From NCBI GenBank assembly GCA_050949045.1, contig JBMNEZ010000001.1, positions 192,001-256,000 of the forward strand: 64,000 nucleotides of DNA, given 5' to 3'. This document shows positions 27,618 to 37,716 of the stretch, piece after piece (within the stretch, counting starts at the first letter, position 1; every line of letters begins with the position of its first letter). The DNA is from Candidatus Izemoplasmatales bacterium (GTDB lineage: Bacteria; Bacillota_I; Bacilli_A; Izemoplasmatales; Hujiaoplasmataceae). Below the pieces are notes generated by a model. That model had not been told where the DNA came from. It saw only the letters and a list, made by a program, of their open reading frames with translations, and did not search any database. Position numbers and translations under genes: made by a program.

Positions 27618-27667
27618 ACTGATATTTCTTAGGAGACCGCCATCGGCGGCTTGGAAAGGAAAAAATC

Positions 27668-28315
27668 ATGGAAAAGAAAGCAAAAAGCACCAAAGAGAGA
27701 ACTAGGGAAATGACGATACTTGCGATGTTTGTCGCGATCATCGCTGTTTTGGGACTGGTTCCCAACGGCGCCGGCGGAGCCCTCGGGTTCATCAAAATCA
27801 CCGACAACATGGAAGCGACGATCATCCACATCCCTGTGTTGATCGGTGCTGCTCTGCTCGGAAGAAAGATGGGCGTCTATCTCGGGCTGGCATTCGGCAT
27901 CATCTCGCTGATCGCCGCCTTCATTTACAACAGCCCGCTATTTTACTACCCTTGGGTATCGGTTGTGCCAAGGGTGATTTTCGGGTTTGTGATCTATGAT
28001 GTTGTCCGTTTTTTCTTAAAAATCATCAAACAGAGATATCTTGCTCTTGCGATCAGTTTCTTTATCTTGACAGTCATCCATACCCTTTTGGTGTTGTCGA
28101 TGCTGTGGACCTCGTTTTCGATGGTCTTTGATTATGATTCGCTCGGGCAGGCGTTCATCCCCTATTTGACTGCACTCAATGCTTCCGGTGTACCCATCAC
28201 GGCGCCAATTGAGGCTGTACTGGCGGCGATTGTCGGCGCAACTGTCGTCACTAGGCTGATGCCGTTTTATGGTAAAAATCAAGAATCCTTTGGCGAAGAA
28301 GAAACGCAGGTGTAA
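27668..28315 (+). CDS. ECF transporter S component, PanT-like (pantothenate)
   Basis: ATIIHIPVLIGA, VSVVPRV motifs, ~6 TM; overlaps the coaX start. Confidence 0.75.
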   Translation: MEKKAKSTKERTREMTILAMFVAIIAVLGLVPNGAGGALGFIKITDNMEATIIHIPVLIGAALLGRKMGVYLGLAFGIISLIAAFIYNSPLFYYPWVSVVPRVIFGFVIYDVVRFFLKIIKQRYLALAISFFILTVIHTLLVLSMLWTSFSMVFDYDSLGQAFIPYLTALNASGVPITAPIEAVLAAIVGATVVTRLMPFYGKNQESFGEEETQV

Positions 28316-29073
28316 TGATGATTATCCTAATTGACATTGGCAACTCCACCATCGCGATCGGAATCTCAGAATCTGGGGAATCACTGAATAAAACTTATCG
28401 GATCAACACCGAAAAGACCCGCTCTGCCGATGAGTATGCGATTACCTTGTCGCAACTGATAAGCAGCGTTTGTGAGCGGGCGATCATCGCCTCGGTCGTT
28501 CCGGAACTCAATAATGTTTTCCGCGAGTACTTTCAGAAAAAGCACGGAATAACGCCGTTGTTTCTCCAAGCCGGAGTCAAGACCGGTATCAAGATTCTCA
28601 CCGATACCCCTAGGGAAGTCGGGGCCGACTTGATCGCCAACGCTATCGCCGCAACCACCCTATATGACGCCACTTGTCTGATCATCGATCTGGGAACAGC
28701 GACGACATTCACCTACGTCGAGAATAAGAACTTGAGAGGCGTTGTCATCACGACCGGACTGATGACTTCCAGAAATGCTCTTATAAGCAAGACTTCCCTG
28801 TTGCCGCAAGTTGAGCTGGAATCACCTTCGAAACTGATTGGGACCAACTCTTCCGACAGCATCAAATCAGGTTTGATCTACGGACATGCAGCTTTGATCG
28901 ACGGCATGATCGAACGAATAAAAGACAATGTCGGTAATCCCGATCTGAAAGTCATCATCACCGGCGGACATGCACAGATCATCTACAAACATTGCCACGG
29001 CGACCTGATATTCGACGATCAGCTGATCCTCAAAGGGCTGTTGGTGCTCGATAAACTCAACAAACGTGTTTAA
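28315..29073 (+). CDS. coaX: Type III pantothenate kinase
   Basis: IDIGNS, ASVVP, EVGADL, IIDLGTATT, IITGG. Confidence 0.93.
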   Translation: MMIILIDIGNSTIAIGISESGESLNKTYRINTEKTRSADEYAITLSQLISSVCERAIIASVVPELNNVFREYFQKKHGITPLFLQAGVKTGIKILTDTPREVGADLIANAIAATTLYDATCLIIDLGTATTFTYVENKNLRGVVITTGLMTSRNALISKTSLLPQVELESPSKLIGTNSSDSIKSGLIYGHAALIDGMIERIKDNVGNPDLKVIITGGHAQIIYKHCHGDLIFDDQLILKGLLVLDKLNKRV

Positions 29074-29080
29074 ACATGAA

Positions 29081-29116
29081 CAAAGGGGATCGCGACGCGA
29101 TGCCTCTTTGCTTTTC
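29081..29116 (+). terminator. Probable terminator after coaX
   Basis: CAAAGGGGATCGC...GCGATGCCTCTTTG then ctttt. Confidence 0.5.
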
Positions 29117-29153
29117 AACTTTGTTTCTATAATGGCAATCTTGGGGTGAACCA

Positions 29154-31793
29154 ATGAAGAAACTAGCGCTAATCGATGGCAACAATCTCCTTTTTCGATC
29201 TTACTACGCGACCGCTTCGACGGGTAATTTGATGCAGAGCTCGTCAGGAGTCTACACAAATGCAATCTATGGGTTTGTCATGGGGATCCAAACGATTCTC
29301 AAAATGGATTTCACGCACATTCTCGTCGCTCTCGATGCCAAAGGCGAGACGATAAGGCATATGGAGTATCCAGAATATAAAGGAACGAGAAAGCCAACTC
29401 CCTCTGAACTCGTCATGCAATTCCCCCTGTTGCGCGATTATCTCGATGCCGCCAATATTAAGTACTATGAGACCGATCACTATGAGGCCGATGACATCAT
29501 CGGTTATTTTGTCCACCACGCCAAGAAAGATTTCGATCAAGTCATCATTTTCAGCAATGACCGTGACTTGATGCAATTGATCGATGACAATGTCGTCCAA
29601 CTGGTTTCAAAACGGGGCTTTTCGGATGCGATCACCTTTGATCGCCGGCAGTTGTTCGAGACGATGGGGATTACTCCTTCGCAGATGACAGACTACAAAG
29701 GATTGGTCGGCGATCCTTCTGACAATATCCCCGGGGTTCCCGGAATCGGTGAAAAAACTGCACAGAGATTGCTCCAGACATATGGAAATCTAGAATCGAT
29801 ATATGAGCATGTCGACGACCTCAAAGGCAAAATCAAGGAGAACCTGATTGCCTATGTCGACCAGGCTCGTTTCTCCAAGCGGCTCTCGACAATCATCGTG
29901 GATTTTCCAAACGAGTTTAGAATCGATGAATTAACACGACAACACGAGGATTTAGAGAAACTTAAAGCCTTCTACGAACAACTGGAATTTCATTCCTTTA
30001 TTCGAAAGCTGAATGCTCAGAAAAACGATGGCCAGAGTTCAAAGACCATTGATGATTACCGTGAAGTGCATGAGATTACTGAAGAGATGCTATCATCGCC
30101 GATGGGAGTCCACCTTGAATTGTTCGGAACGAATTATCATACCGCCAAGAAACTTGGCTTTGGCCTGTTCGATGGAAAAAAACGATTGTTTATCCCTTAT
30201 GAGAAAGCAATCGGATCAGAGTTGTTTCTTGATTGGTTGAAGGATCCGGAAAAAAAGAAATATGTTTTCGATCTCAAGGCGATGAAAGCAGCTTTGCTTT
30301 GGGATGATATCGAAATCGACGGGTTAGCTTTCGATCTTTTGCTCGCAGCTTATCTAGTTAATCCCAACTTGACGCAGGCAGACTTCCGTGCTGTCAGCGC
30401 AGCCTTTGGCTATAACGATGTCGCCTATGATGTAGAAATTTATGGAAAGGGCGCAAAATACACCCTTCCTGACAAAAAGTTGTATCAGCTTCAAACTGTC
30501 AAAAAAGCAGAGGCGATCTGGAAACTGAAGGATGTCATTCTTGAAAAGATCGATGAACAGAACCAAAGCGCACTGTTATATGAAGTCGAGATGCCGCTTT
30601 CCGAGATTCTGGCGGAGATGGAACATACCGGAATCGCCGTCGACGACGCCAAACTAGACGAGATTGGAGAAAACCTTGAAAGTCGCATCAGTTCACTTGA
30701 AAAAGAGATCCGCCTGCTCGCAGATTCTAATGATCTCAATATCAACAGTACCCGTCAGTTAGGAATAGTGTTGTTTGAGAAACTGAATCTGCCATACTAC
30801 AAAAAAACCAAGACGGGATATTCAACCGATATTTCCGTTTTGAAGCAACTTGAAGGCTTTCATCCGATCATTTCTTTGATTATTGAGTACCGGACGCTGA
30901 CAAAACTGTACAACACATACTACGAAGGCCTTAAAAAAGCCCTCGATTTGAAACACGACGGCCGAATCCACACGATCTACAAACAGGCCGAAACCCAGAC
31001 GGGAAGGCTGTCTTCGATCGAACCTAATCTTCAGAATATTCCGATTAGGACCGAGGAAGGCAGGGAACTGCGAAAAGTCTTTGTGGCCGATCCCAGTTGT
31101 CTATTGCTTTCCTCAGACTACTCGCAAATTGAACTGAGATTGCTGGCAGAGATGGCAGACGTCAAAAAACTGAAAGAGGCGTTCAGTGACAATGTTGACG
31201 TTCATACCCACACGGCGACACTCATCTTCAAGAAAGAGCAGGTGTCTTTGGAGGAGCGGCGGGCAGCGAAAGCCGTCAATTTCGGGATTATTTACGGCAA
31301 GACAGCCTGGGGCTTGTCCGAGGATTTAAAGATTTCCCCGAAACGAGCCGAAGCTTTCATCGCAAGCTACTACGAGAATTATCCCGAAATCAAGGTGTTT
31401 ATGGAAAAGACGATCGCCGACGGCAAAGAAAGCGGATATGTCAAAACCATGTTCAACCGCAGAAGGCTGATTCCCGAATTAAACTCAAACAATTTCCAGA
31501 CCAGGGAGTTTGGCAAACGAATGGCAATGAACGCTCCGATCCAGGGAAGCGCCGCCGACGTTCTCAAGATTGCGATGGTGAAACTGAGGCAGGCGATCAA
31601 GAACAACAAAGCGAACATCAAAATGCTCTTGCAGATCCATGATGAAGTTGTTTTCCAAGTTCCTGCCTCAGAGATCGAGAGTGCGAAAAAACTTGTGATC
31701 GAGACAATGGAAAAAGCAGTCGAAACAACTGTTCCCTTGCTCGTTGAGGTTGCTTACGGAGAAGATCTCTTTGAGGTGAATGACAATGCCTGA
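29154..31793 (+). CDS. polA: DNA polymerase I
   Basis: 5'-3' exonuclease (IDGNNL, YEADD, GDPSDNIPG), TGRLSS.EPNLQNIP, DYSQIELR, QIHDE. Confidence 0.97.
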   Translation: MKKLALIDGNNLLFRSYYATASTGNLMQSSSGVYTNAIYGFVMGIQTILKMDFTHILVALDAKGETIRHMEYPEYKGTRKPTPSELVMQFPLLRDYLDAANIKYYETDHYEADDIIGYFVHHAKKDFDQVIIFSNDRDLMQLIDDNVVQLVSKRGFSDAITFDRRQLFETMGITPSQMTDYKGLVGDPSDNIPGVPGIGEKTAQRLLQTYGNLESIYEHVDDLKGKIKENLIAYVDQARFSKRLSTIIVDFPNEFRIDELTRQHEDLEKLKAFYEQLEFHSFIRKLNAQKNDGQSSKTIDDYREVHEITEEMLSSPMGVHLELFGTNYHTAKKLGFGLFDGKKRLFIPYEKAIGSELFLDWLKDPEKKKYVFDLKAMKAALLWDDIEIDGLAFDLLLAAYLVNPNLTQADFRAVSAAFGYNDVAYDVEIYGKGAKYTLPDKKLYQLQTVKKAEAIWKLKDVILEKIDEQNQSALLYEVEMPLSEILAEMEHTGIAVDDAKLDEIGENLESRISSLEKEIRLLADSNDLNINSTRQLGIVLFEKLNLPYYKKTKTGYSTDISVLKQLEGFHPIISLIIEYRTLTKLYNTYYEGLKKALDLKHDGRIHTIYKQAETQTGRLSSIEPNLQNIPIRTEEGRELRKVFVADPSCLLLSSDYSQIELRLLAEMADVKKLKEAFSDNVDVHTHTATLIFKKEQVSLEERRAAKAVNFGIIYGKTAWGLSEDLKISPKRAEAFIASYYENYPEIKVFMEKTIADGKESGYVKTMFNRRRLIPELNSNNFQTREFGKRMAMNAPIQGSAADVLKIAMVKLRQAIKNNKANIKMLLQIHDEVVFQVPASEIESAKKLVIETMEKAVETTVPLLVEVAYGEDLFEVNDNA

Positions 31794-32607
31794 ATTGCCT
31801 GAAGTCGAAACCGTCAAGGAGACCTTAAAGCGTCAAATCATCGGGAAAACCGTCGCTGATGTCGATATTGTCTACGGCAAGTTGATCCGAAACCAGGATC
31901 CCAATCGTTTCAAAGCGGCTCTAATTGGAAAAACCTTACAAAAGATCGAGCGTTATGGAAAGTACTTGTTTTTTGGTTTCGATGACATCGTCTTAACGGT
32001 TCATCTCCGCATGGAAGGAAAGTTTTTCCTTAAACCCCAAGACGAGCCCATCGCCAAACACGAACATATCATCTTCTATTTCACAGATCGTTCGACTCTC
32101 AGATATCATGATGTCAGGAAGTTCGGAACCATGGAAACCATGCCTGCCGGCAGTGAAAGATTGTCTGCAAGGATTGCCAAACTCGGCAAGGAGCCTTTTG
32201 ATAGCGACTTTACTGATTCATATTTATATGATAAAATATATAAATCGACACGGCCAATCAAATCGTTGTTGCTTGATCAGGAGATCGTCGCCGGTCTTGG
32301 GAACATCTATGTAGACGAAGTATTGTATCTGTCAGGCATTGATCCAAGGAGAATGGGCAAAGATGTCACGATGGTCGAAACGGGGATACTTGCCAATAAT
32401 TGCTGGGCAGTCTTGAAGAAGGCGATTATTCTCGGAGGCACGACGATCAGAAGTTATACATCGAGTCTCGGAATCACCGGCCGGTTTCAAAACGAACTTA
32501 GTGTTCACACAAAAAACGGCTTGCCCTGTCATAAATGCGGCAGTTTGATCGAAAAAATCAAAGTTGGCGGCAGGGGAACGTATTATTGTCCTCTGTGTCA
32601 AAAATAA
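31786..32607 (+). CDS. mutM: Formamidopyrimidine-DNA glycosylase
   Basis: MPELPEVE, HLRMEG, GLGNIY, C-terminal zinc finger CHKC..CPLCQ. Confidence 0.96.
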   Translation: MPELPEVETVKETLKRQIIGKTVADVDIVYGKLIRNQDPNRFKAALIGKTLQKIERYGKYLFFGFDDIVLTVHLRMEGKFFLKPQDEPIAKHEHIIFYFTDRSTLRYHDVRKFGTMETMPAGSERLSARIAKLGKEPFDSDFTDSYLYDKIYKSTRPIKSLLLDQEIVAGLGNIYVDEVLYLSGIDPRRMGKDVTMVETGILANNCWAVLKKAIILGGTTIRSYTSSLGITGRFQNELSVHTKNGLPCHKCGSLIEKIKVGGRGTYYCPLCQK

Positions 32608-32620
32608 TGGAGAAGTCATT

Positions 32621-33217
32621 GTGAAAGTCATCGGACTGACCGGAGGCATCGCTTCCGGCAAAAGTCTTGTGGCTGACTGGTTTGTCGAAGCAGGAATGCC
32701 CTTGATCGATGCCGATTCAGTCTACAAGCGTCTGAGCGCTCCCGGAGGCTCGCTTTACCAAAAAATTATCAAACTCATACCCGAAGAGTGTATTTTAGAT
32801 GACGGCTCGATCGCTTGGAAAAAACTCGGTGTGATAGTTTTCAAAGACGAAGATTTCCGTAAACGGTTGAACCAGGTGGCGCACCCGGCCGTCATTGCCG
32901 AGATCCAGAGGGAACTTGATGGCCTTAGAAAAGACAAGCATCGATTTGTGATTATCAGTGTTCCGCTGCTTTTTGAAAGTGGCTCCGAGCAGCTTTCAGA
33001 TGTTACGATCTGTGTCTATGTCGATTATCAGACTCAACTCGAACGGTTGACACTAAGAGACAAGATCGACAGCGAGTTCGCCAAGATGAAGATTGCCTCC
33101 CAAATGCCCCTTGAAGAGAAACGGAAACTGGCGGATTATGTGATTGACAATTCAAACGGAATCAATGTTACAAAAGAACAATTCAAGGATGTGCTCGCCG
33201 CTATAATGAGTGAATGA
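32621..33217 (+). CDS. coaE: Dephospho-CoA kinase
   Basis: IGLTGGIASGKS, IDAD, VPLLFE, ADYVIDN. GTG start 32621. Confidence 0.94.
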   Translation: MKVIGLTGGIASGKSLVADWFVEAGMPLIDADSVYKRLSAPGGSLYQKIIKLIPEECILDDGSIAWKKLGVIVFKDEDFRKRLNQVAHPAVIAEIQRELDGLRKDKHRFVIISVPLLFESGSEQLSDVTICVYVDYQTQLERLTLRDKIDSEFAKMKIASQMPLEEKRKLADYVIDNSNGINVTKEQFKDVLAAIMSE

Positions 33218-33355
33218 CATATCGATCTTTAGTTTTCAACCACTTCGGTTTTATCGACATGAATAAGACGAAAAAGAAGCCTAACATCTCTATCAGCATC
33301 TTGATTTGGCATTGTAGTTCAAAGGCGTTTTCCTACATTTTTAGGAGGTAATTGT

Positions 33356-34582
33356 TTGGACAGAGTGAGAAGGACCGATCGTTTCATCGTCTTCGCCAAC
33401 AGCAATATTTCCAGTTGCGACTATCAAGCATTAACGCTTCTATATCAACCGATCATCGGTCTTTTTGCCTTTGGCCTCTACATGACCTTGAGAGAACTGC
33501 TCGACAAACAAAATCTCGCTTCCCAAGAATACCTCCACGCCGATCTCGAATCTCTGCTCAACCGCAGAATTGAGGATATCGAAGCCGACAGACATAAACT
33601 TGAAGCGGTCGGATTGCTTGACACGCACTATCTTGACGACCGGTTTGTTTATGAATTGAAATTGCCGATGTCGGCTCAGAGTTTCATCAACGACGGCATT
33701 CTCGGACAATATTTGATCGGGGCGATCACGAAAGAGCGGTATAAAAAACTGATTCAAATTTTCAAACTGAAAGTACCAGGCAGAAAAGGCTACATCCGTG
33801 TCAGCAAGACTTTCGATGAAGTATTCCCGCCGCTCAGCACAGACGGCTCGCTCATCGAGGGCGAACTCAAGAACCAGGTTCGTTCAAATCATCTGAAAAC
33901 AAGAAGCGATCGGTTTGACTGGCGGCTTTTGAAGGAGAATCTTCCGGATTCCGTGTTCGATCCGCATGAATTGACGGAGTATGTAAAAAACAAGATTGCC
34001 ACGCTCAACTTTGTTTATCAACTCGACGAGCTGGAAATAAGCGAGATCTACCGGATGGCGGTCGACAACAATCGCAAACTCGATGTCCGCAAGCTCGCCG
34101 AGCTTGCTCGGGGGCACTACAAATTTCGCCAAGAGAGAACCAATGTCGCCAAAGAAGTTGCGCCTAGTGTACCGGTGGACAGAAATCTGCCGTTGGAACC
34201 TCATGAACGCCTTGCCCAGTCGTCACCGATTGATATTTTGAAGGAAATTGGGGGAGGGAGGGCCTCGGCCGCCGATCTTAGAATCGTCGAGCGGTTGATC
34301 GATGAAGTCGGGCTCGACCCGGGCGTTGTCAACGTTCTCATCGCTTATGTCGCGAAGATCAAGGACGGCTTTCTTCCCGGATACGACTATTTTGAAAAAG
34401 TTGGACTCAACTGGAAGAGAAATCAGATAACCGATGCCAAGACAGCGCTTGAGTTTGTGGAACACCTACGCTCTCAGTACGAGAAAACACGCGATGGCAA
34501 GCCTGCAAGAAAGAGCCAGAAATCCGCTAAGCCGGACATCAAACTGGATTGGTTCGAAGACTATCTCAAGTCGATCGAATAA
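33356..34582 (+). CDS. dnaB: Replication initiation/membrane attachment protein (Bacillus-type DnaB helicase co-loader)
   Basis: LTLLYQPIIG, KLEAVGLL, GVVNVLI.Y, W...I.DA..A; directly upstream of dnaI. Confidence 0.85.
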   Translation: MDRVRRTDRFIVFANSNISSCDYQALTLLYQPIIGLFAFGLYMTLRELLDKQNLASQEYLHADLESLLNRRIEDIEADRHKLEAVGLLDTHYLDDRFVYELKLPMSAQSFINDGILGQYLIGAITKERYKKLIQIFKLKVPGRKGYIRVSKTFDEVFPPLSTDGSLIEGELKNQVRSNHLKTRSDRFDWRLLKENLPDSVFDPHELTEYVKNKIATLNFVYQLDELEISEIYRMAVDNNRKLDVRKLAELARGHYKFRQERTNVAKEVAPSVPVDRNLPLEPHERLAQSSPIDILKEIGGGRASAADLRIVERLIDEVGLDPGVVNVLIAYVAKIKDGFLPGYDYFEKVGLNWKRNQITDAKTALEFVEHLRSQYEKTRDGKPARKSQKSAKPDIKLDWFEDYLKSIE

Positions 34583-34594
34583 AGGAGAACAACC

Positions 34595-35497
34595 ATGAAA
34601 AGAATCGCAGAGTATTTGGAAAAGGTGCCGGAGGGATTGAAGATCGAGGAAACGATCGAAAACCTGCTCGAAGATGTTGTTATCAGACAATTTGTCCTGA
34701 AATACGATTTAAAACACGATGTGCTCGAAAGAGGCATCAACAATCTCCTTGTTTACAAGGAAGCCAAGGACACCTGTAATGCCTGCCCCGGGCTTCATAA
34801 ATGCGAACTGCCGATGACAGGGATGACTCCCGAGCTCGTTCTTTACAACGGCGAGATCACCCTCGCCTATGCCAAGTGCCGTTATAACAATCTCGATGAA
34901 AGCAAGTTCAAAATCGACGCCATGTATGTTCCCAGGAAGGTCTTCAACGCCAACATCAACGATTTTGATCTGATCGGTCCGGAACGCAAGGAGATCTTCA
35001 AGTACATCCTCAAGTTTGTCGCCGAATACAGCCGCGACAACTTCATGAAGGGCATGTATCTTTCCGGAGTCTACGGTTCGGGCAAGACCTATATTCTGGC
35101 GATCGTTGCCAACGAACTCGCCAAAAAAGGTTTCAACATCGTCTTTGCCTATTATCCGGATCTTGTCCGCGAACTGAAATCTTCGATTTCCCATGGGTCT
35201 TTGGAGGACAAGATCGACTATCTCAAGACAGTCGACATCCTGTTCTTGGACGATCTCGGCGGTGAATCCCAAAGCTCGTTCATCCGGGATGAGGTCTTGG
35301 GGCCGATCTTGCAGCACCGCGTTCTCGACGAGCTGCCGACTTTCTTCTCTTCAAACATGAAGATGAAAGTCTTGATCGACGCGCTTGTCGCCGACAATTC
35401 ACTGCTTGAGAAATCGAAGGCATACCGGATTTATGAACGGATCAAAGAACTCGCAGACGAGTTTGAAATCTCGGAAAAACCGCACCGCACACCTTGA
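34595..35497 (+). CDS. dnaI: Primosomal protein DnaI (helicase loader ATPase)
   Basis: Zn motif CNAC..C..C, GMYLSGVYGSGKT, LFLDDLGGE, IRDEVLGPILQHR. Confidence 0.92.
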   Translation: MKRIAEYLEKVPEGLKIEETIENLLEDVVIRQFVLKYDLKHDVLERGINNLLVYKEAKDTCNACPGLHKCELPMTGMTPELVLYNGEITLAYAKCRYNNLDESKFKIDAMYVPRKVFNANINDFDLIGPERKEIFKYILKFVAEYSRDNFMKGMYLSGVYGSGKTYILAIVANELAKKGFNIVFAYYPDLVRELKSSISHGSLEDKIDYLKTVDILFLDDLGGESQSSFIRDEVLGPILQHRVLDELPTFFSSNMKMKVLIDALVADNSLLEKSKAYRIYERIKELADEFEISEKPHRTP

Positions 35498-35521
35498 CAA
35501 GTGATGATTTTACCCTATAAT
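35494..35521 (+). promoter_or_regulatory. SigA promoter for the thrS leader
   Basis: TTGACA-16 bp-TATAAT; the -35 overlaps the dnaI stop. Confidence 0.75.
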
Positions 35522-35547
35522 TATAGATATATAACCACATAAGGCTA

Positions 35548-35757
35548 CCAAAGAGAACAAGATCTGATGACCAAGCCCATAAAGCGAAGATAGGATGGTG
35601 GAAGCTATCGATGCGGCAGTTGTCGGGATTACCATCTCCGAGCCGGATTCAGGAAAGGATCCCGTTGCCCGCGTTAAGGGAATCAAGCGCCAGATGTTTC
35701 TGGAATAAAGGTGGTACCGCGAGCAATCGTCCTTTTGCGAAGGGCGATTTTTTATTC
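35548..35757 (+). ncRNA. T-box riboswitch (Thr)
   Basis: AGCGA and GGTG motifs, specifier ACC (35631-35633), AAGGTGGTACCGCG (35708-35721), terminator AATCGTCCTT...AAGGGCGATT-T. Confidence 0.9.
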
Positions 35758-35772
35758 TTAGGGAGGCATATC

Positions 35773-37677
35773 ATGATCAAAATCAAATTTCAAGACGATT
35801 CGATAAGGGAATTCGCCAAGGGTTCAAGCGCAAGCGACATCGCCCAAGCGATCTCGCCATCGCTACGGAAAAAAGCGGTCGCAGCCGAGGTGGAAGGTGA
35901 GCTCTATGATATGGATAGGCCCATCGGTTTTGATGCGAAGGTCCGCTTCATCACCGAGGCTGATCCGGAAGCGCTCGGCATTCTGCGTCATTCAGCTGCG
36001 CATCTGATGGCGGAAGCGATCAAATCCATGTATCCGCATGCCTGTTTTGGCGTTGGCCCGGATATCGAGGAAGGATTTTACTATGACATCGATCTCGGCG
36101 AAGTCATCCTTACCGATAATGATCTTCCCCTGATCGAGAAGACGATGCAGAGGCTTGTGGCTGAGAATCAGCCGATTTCAAGGAGAGAAGTATCGCGGGC
36201 AGAGGCGCTGAAGATATTCAAAGACGATCCCTACAAACAGGAATTGATTCGGGAATTGCCCGAGGGTGAAATTATCTCGCTTTATTCCCAAGAAAAATTC
36301 ATCGATCTTTGTCGGGGACCGCATGTTCCCTCTACCAAATGGCTCAGACATGTGAAGTTGTTGTCGCTTGCGGGCGCCTATTGGCGCGGCGACTCAAAGA
36401 ACAAACAGCTGACCCGTGTCTACGGAACGGCTTTTTTCAACGCCGCTGATCTCGAAGCTCACCTCAAGTTGTTAGAGGAACGGAAAAAACGCGACCACCG
36501 AAAACTCGGTCGCGAACTCGATTTGTTCATGCTTTCGGAATACGGGCCTGGATTTCCCTTCTGGTTGCCAAACGGGATGGTGCTCAGACGTGAACTTGAG
36601 GATTTTTGGTACAAAGCTCATCTCAAAGAAGGCTACAAACTGATCCAAACACCGATCATGCTAAACAAGGATCTTTGGGAGATTTCGGGTCATTGGGATA
36701 ACTACCGAGAAAATATGTATATCTCCAGTATCGACGAGCAGGAATTCGCGATCAAACCGATGAACTGCCCCGGAGGGATGCTGGTATATAAGCGCGACAT
36801 CCATTCCTACAAAGACTTTCCTCTCAAGATCGGGGAACTCGGGTTGGTGCACCGGCACGAGGCAAGCGGGGCATTGGCCGGTTTATTCCGAGTCCGAAAC
36901 TTCACCCAGGATGATGCCCACATCTTTATGACGGAAGCCCAGATCGTCCATGAGGTCGCTGAACTCGTCAGGCTCTTCGACTATGTCTACAGTGTCTTCG
37001 ACCTCAAATATCACATTGAATTGTCGACCAGGCCGGAAACCAAATACATCGGCGAGCTCGCTACTTGGGAGAAAGCCGAAAAAGCTCTGGTTGAAGCTCT
37101 TGACAAGATGGGCAAGCCTTATAAGGTCAATCCCGGCAACGGTGCTTTTTATGGCCCGAAACTCGATTTTAATTTGCGGGATTCGATGAATCGGGTCTGG
37201 CAATGCGGTACGATCCAATTGGACATGAATCTTCCCGAGAGATTCGATCTCACCTATATCGACAGTGACGGTGAGAAAAAGAGACCGGTGATGCTGCATC
37301 GGGCCCTCTTTGGTTCGATCGAACGCTTCATTGGCATCCTGATCGAACACTATGGCGGTGCTTTCCCGACTTGGCTTTCACCCGTCCAGATTATGGTAAT
37401 TCCCGTCAATTTGGAATATCACAAGGAATATGCTAAGGGACTTGTCGAACGGCTGCAGGCGGAAAATCTGAGAGTCGAACTCGACTTACGGGAGGAGAAA
37501 CTCGGTTACTTGATCCGCGATGCGCAGACGAAGAAAATCCCCTACCAACTTGTCATCGGCGACATGGAGATGAAAAACGATTCGCTGACATACCGCCGTT
37601 ACGGCGCAAGTGAACAGACACAAGTTTCGGTCAAGGAATTTATCGCCATGATCAAAACGGAAATCAAGAACAAATAA
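35773..37677 (+). CDS. thrS: Threonine--tRNA ligase
   Basis: TGS domain, RHSAAH, DLCRGPH, KPMNCPG, QCGTIQLD. ATG 35773 after GGGAGG; the ORF-track extension lies in the T-box. Confidence 0.97.
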   Translation: MIKIKFQDDSIREFAKGSSASDIAQAISPSLRKKAVAAEVEGELYDMDRPIGFDAKVRFITEADPEALGILRHSAAHLMAEAIKSMYPHACFGVGPDIEEGFYYDIDLGEVILTDNDLPLIEKTMQRLVAENQPISRREVSRAEALKIFKDDPYKQELIRELPEGEIISLYSQEKFIDLCRGPHVPSTKWLRHVKLLSLAGAYWRGDSKNKQLTRVYGTAFFNAADLEAHLKLLEERKKRDHRKLGRELDLFMLSEYGPGFPFWLPNGMVLRRELEDFWYKAHLKEGYKLIQTPIMLNKDLWEISGHWDNYRENMYISSIDEQEFAIKPMNCPGGMLVYKRDIHSYKDFPLKIGELGLVHRHEASGALAGLFRVRNFTQDDAHIFMTEAQIVHEVAELVRLFDYVYSVFDLKYHIELSTRPETKYIGELATWEKAEKALVEALDKMGKPYKVNPGNGAFYGPKLDFNLRDSMNRVWQCGTIQLDMNLPERFDLTYIDSDGEKKRPVMLHRALFGSIERFIGILIEHYGGAFPTWLSPVQIMVIPVNLEYHKEYAKGLVERLQAENLRVELDLREEKLGYLIRDAQTKKIPYQLVIGDMEMKNDSLTYRRYGASEQTQVSVKEFIAMIKTEIKNK

Positions 37678-37678
37678 T

Positions 37679-37716
37679 AAAAGGCTGTCGCCCCGTGATT
37701 CCGGCGACAGCCTTTT
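37679..37716. terminator. Bidirectional terminator
   Basis: AAAAGGCTGTCGCC-loop-GGCGACAGCCTTTT. Confidence 0.85.

Noticed and set aside
35611..35772. N-terminal extension of thrS in the ORF track
   Set aside because: It runs through the T-box antiterminator and terminator; the real start is ATG 35773 with a GGGAGG RBS.
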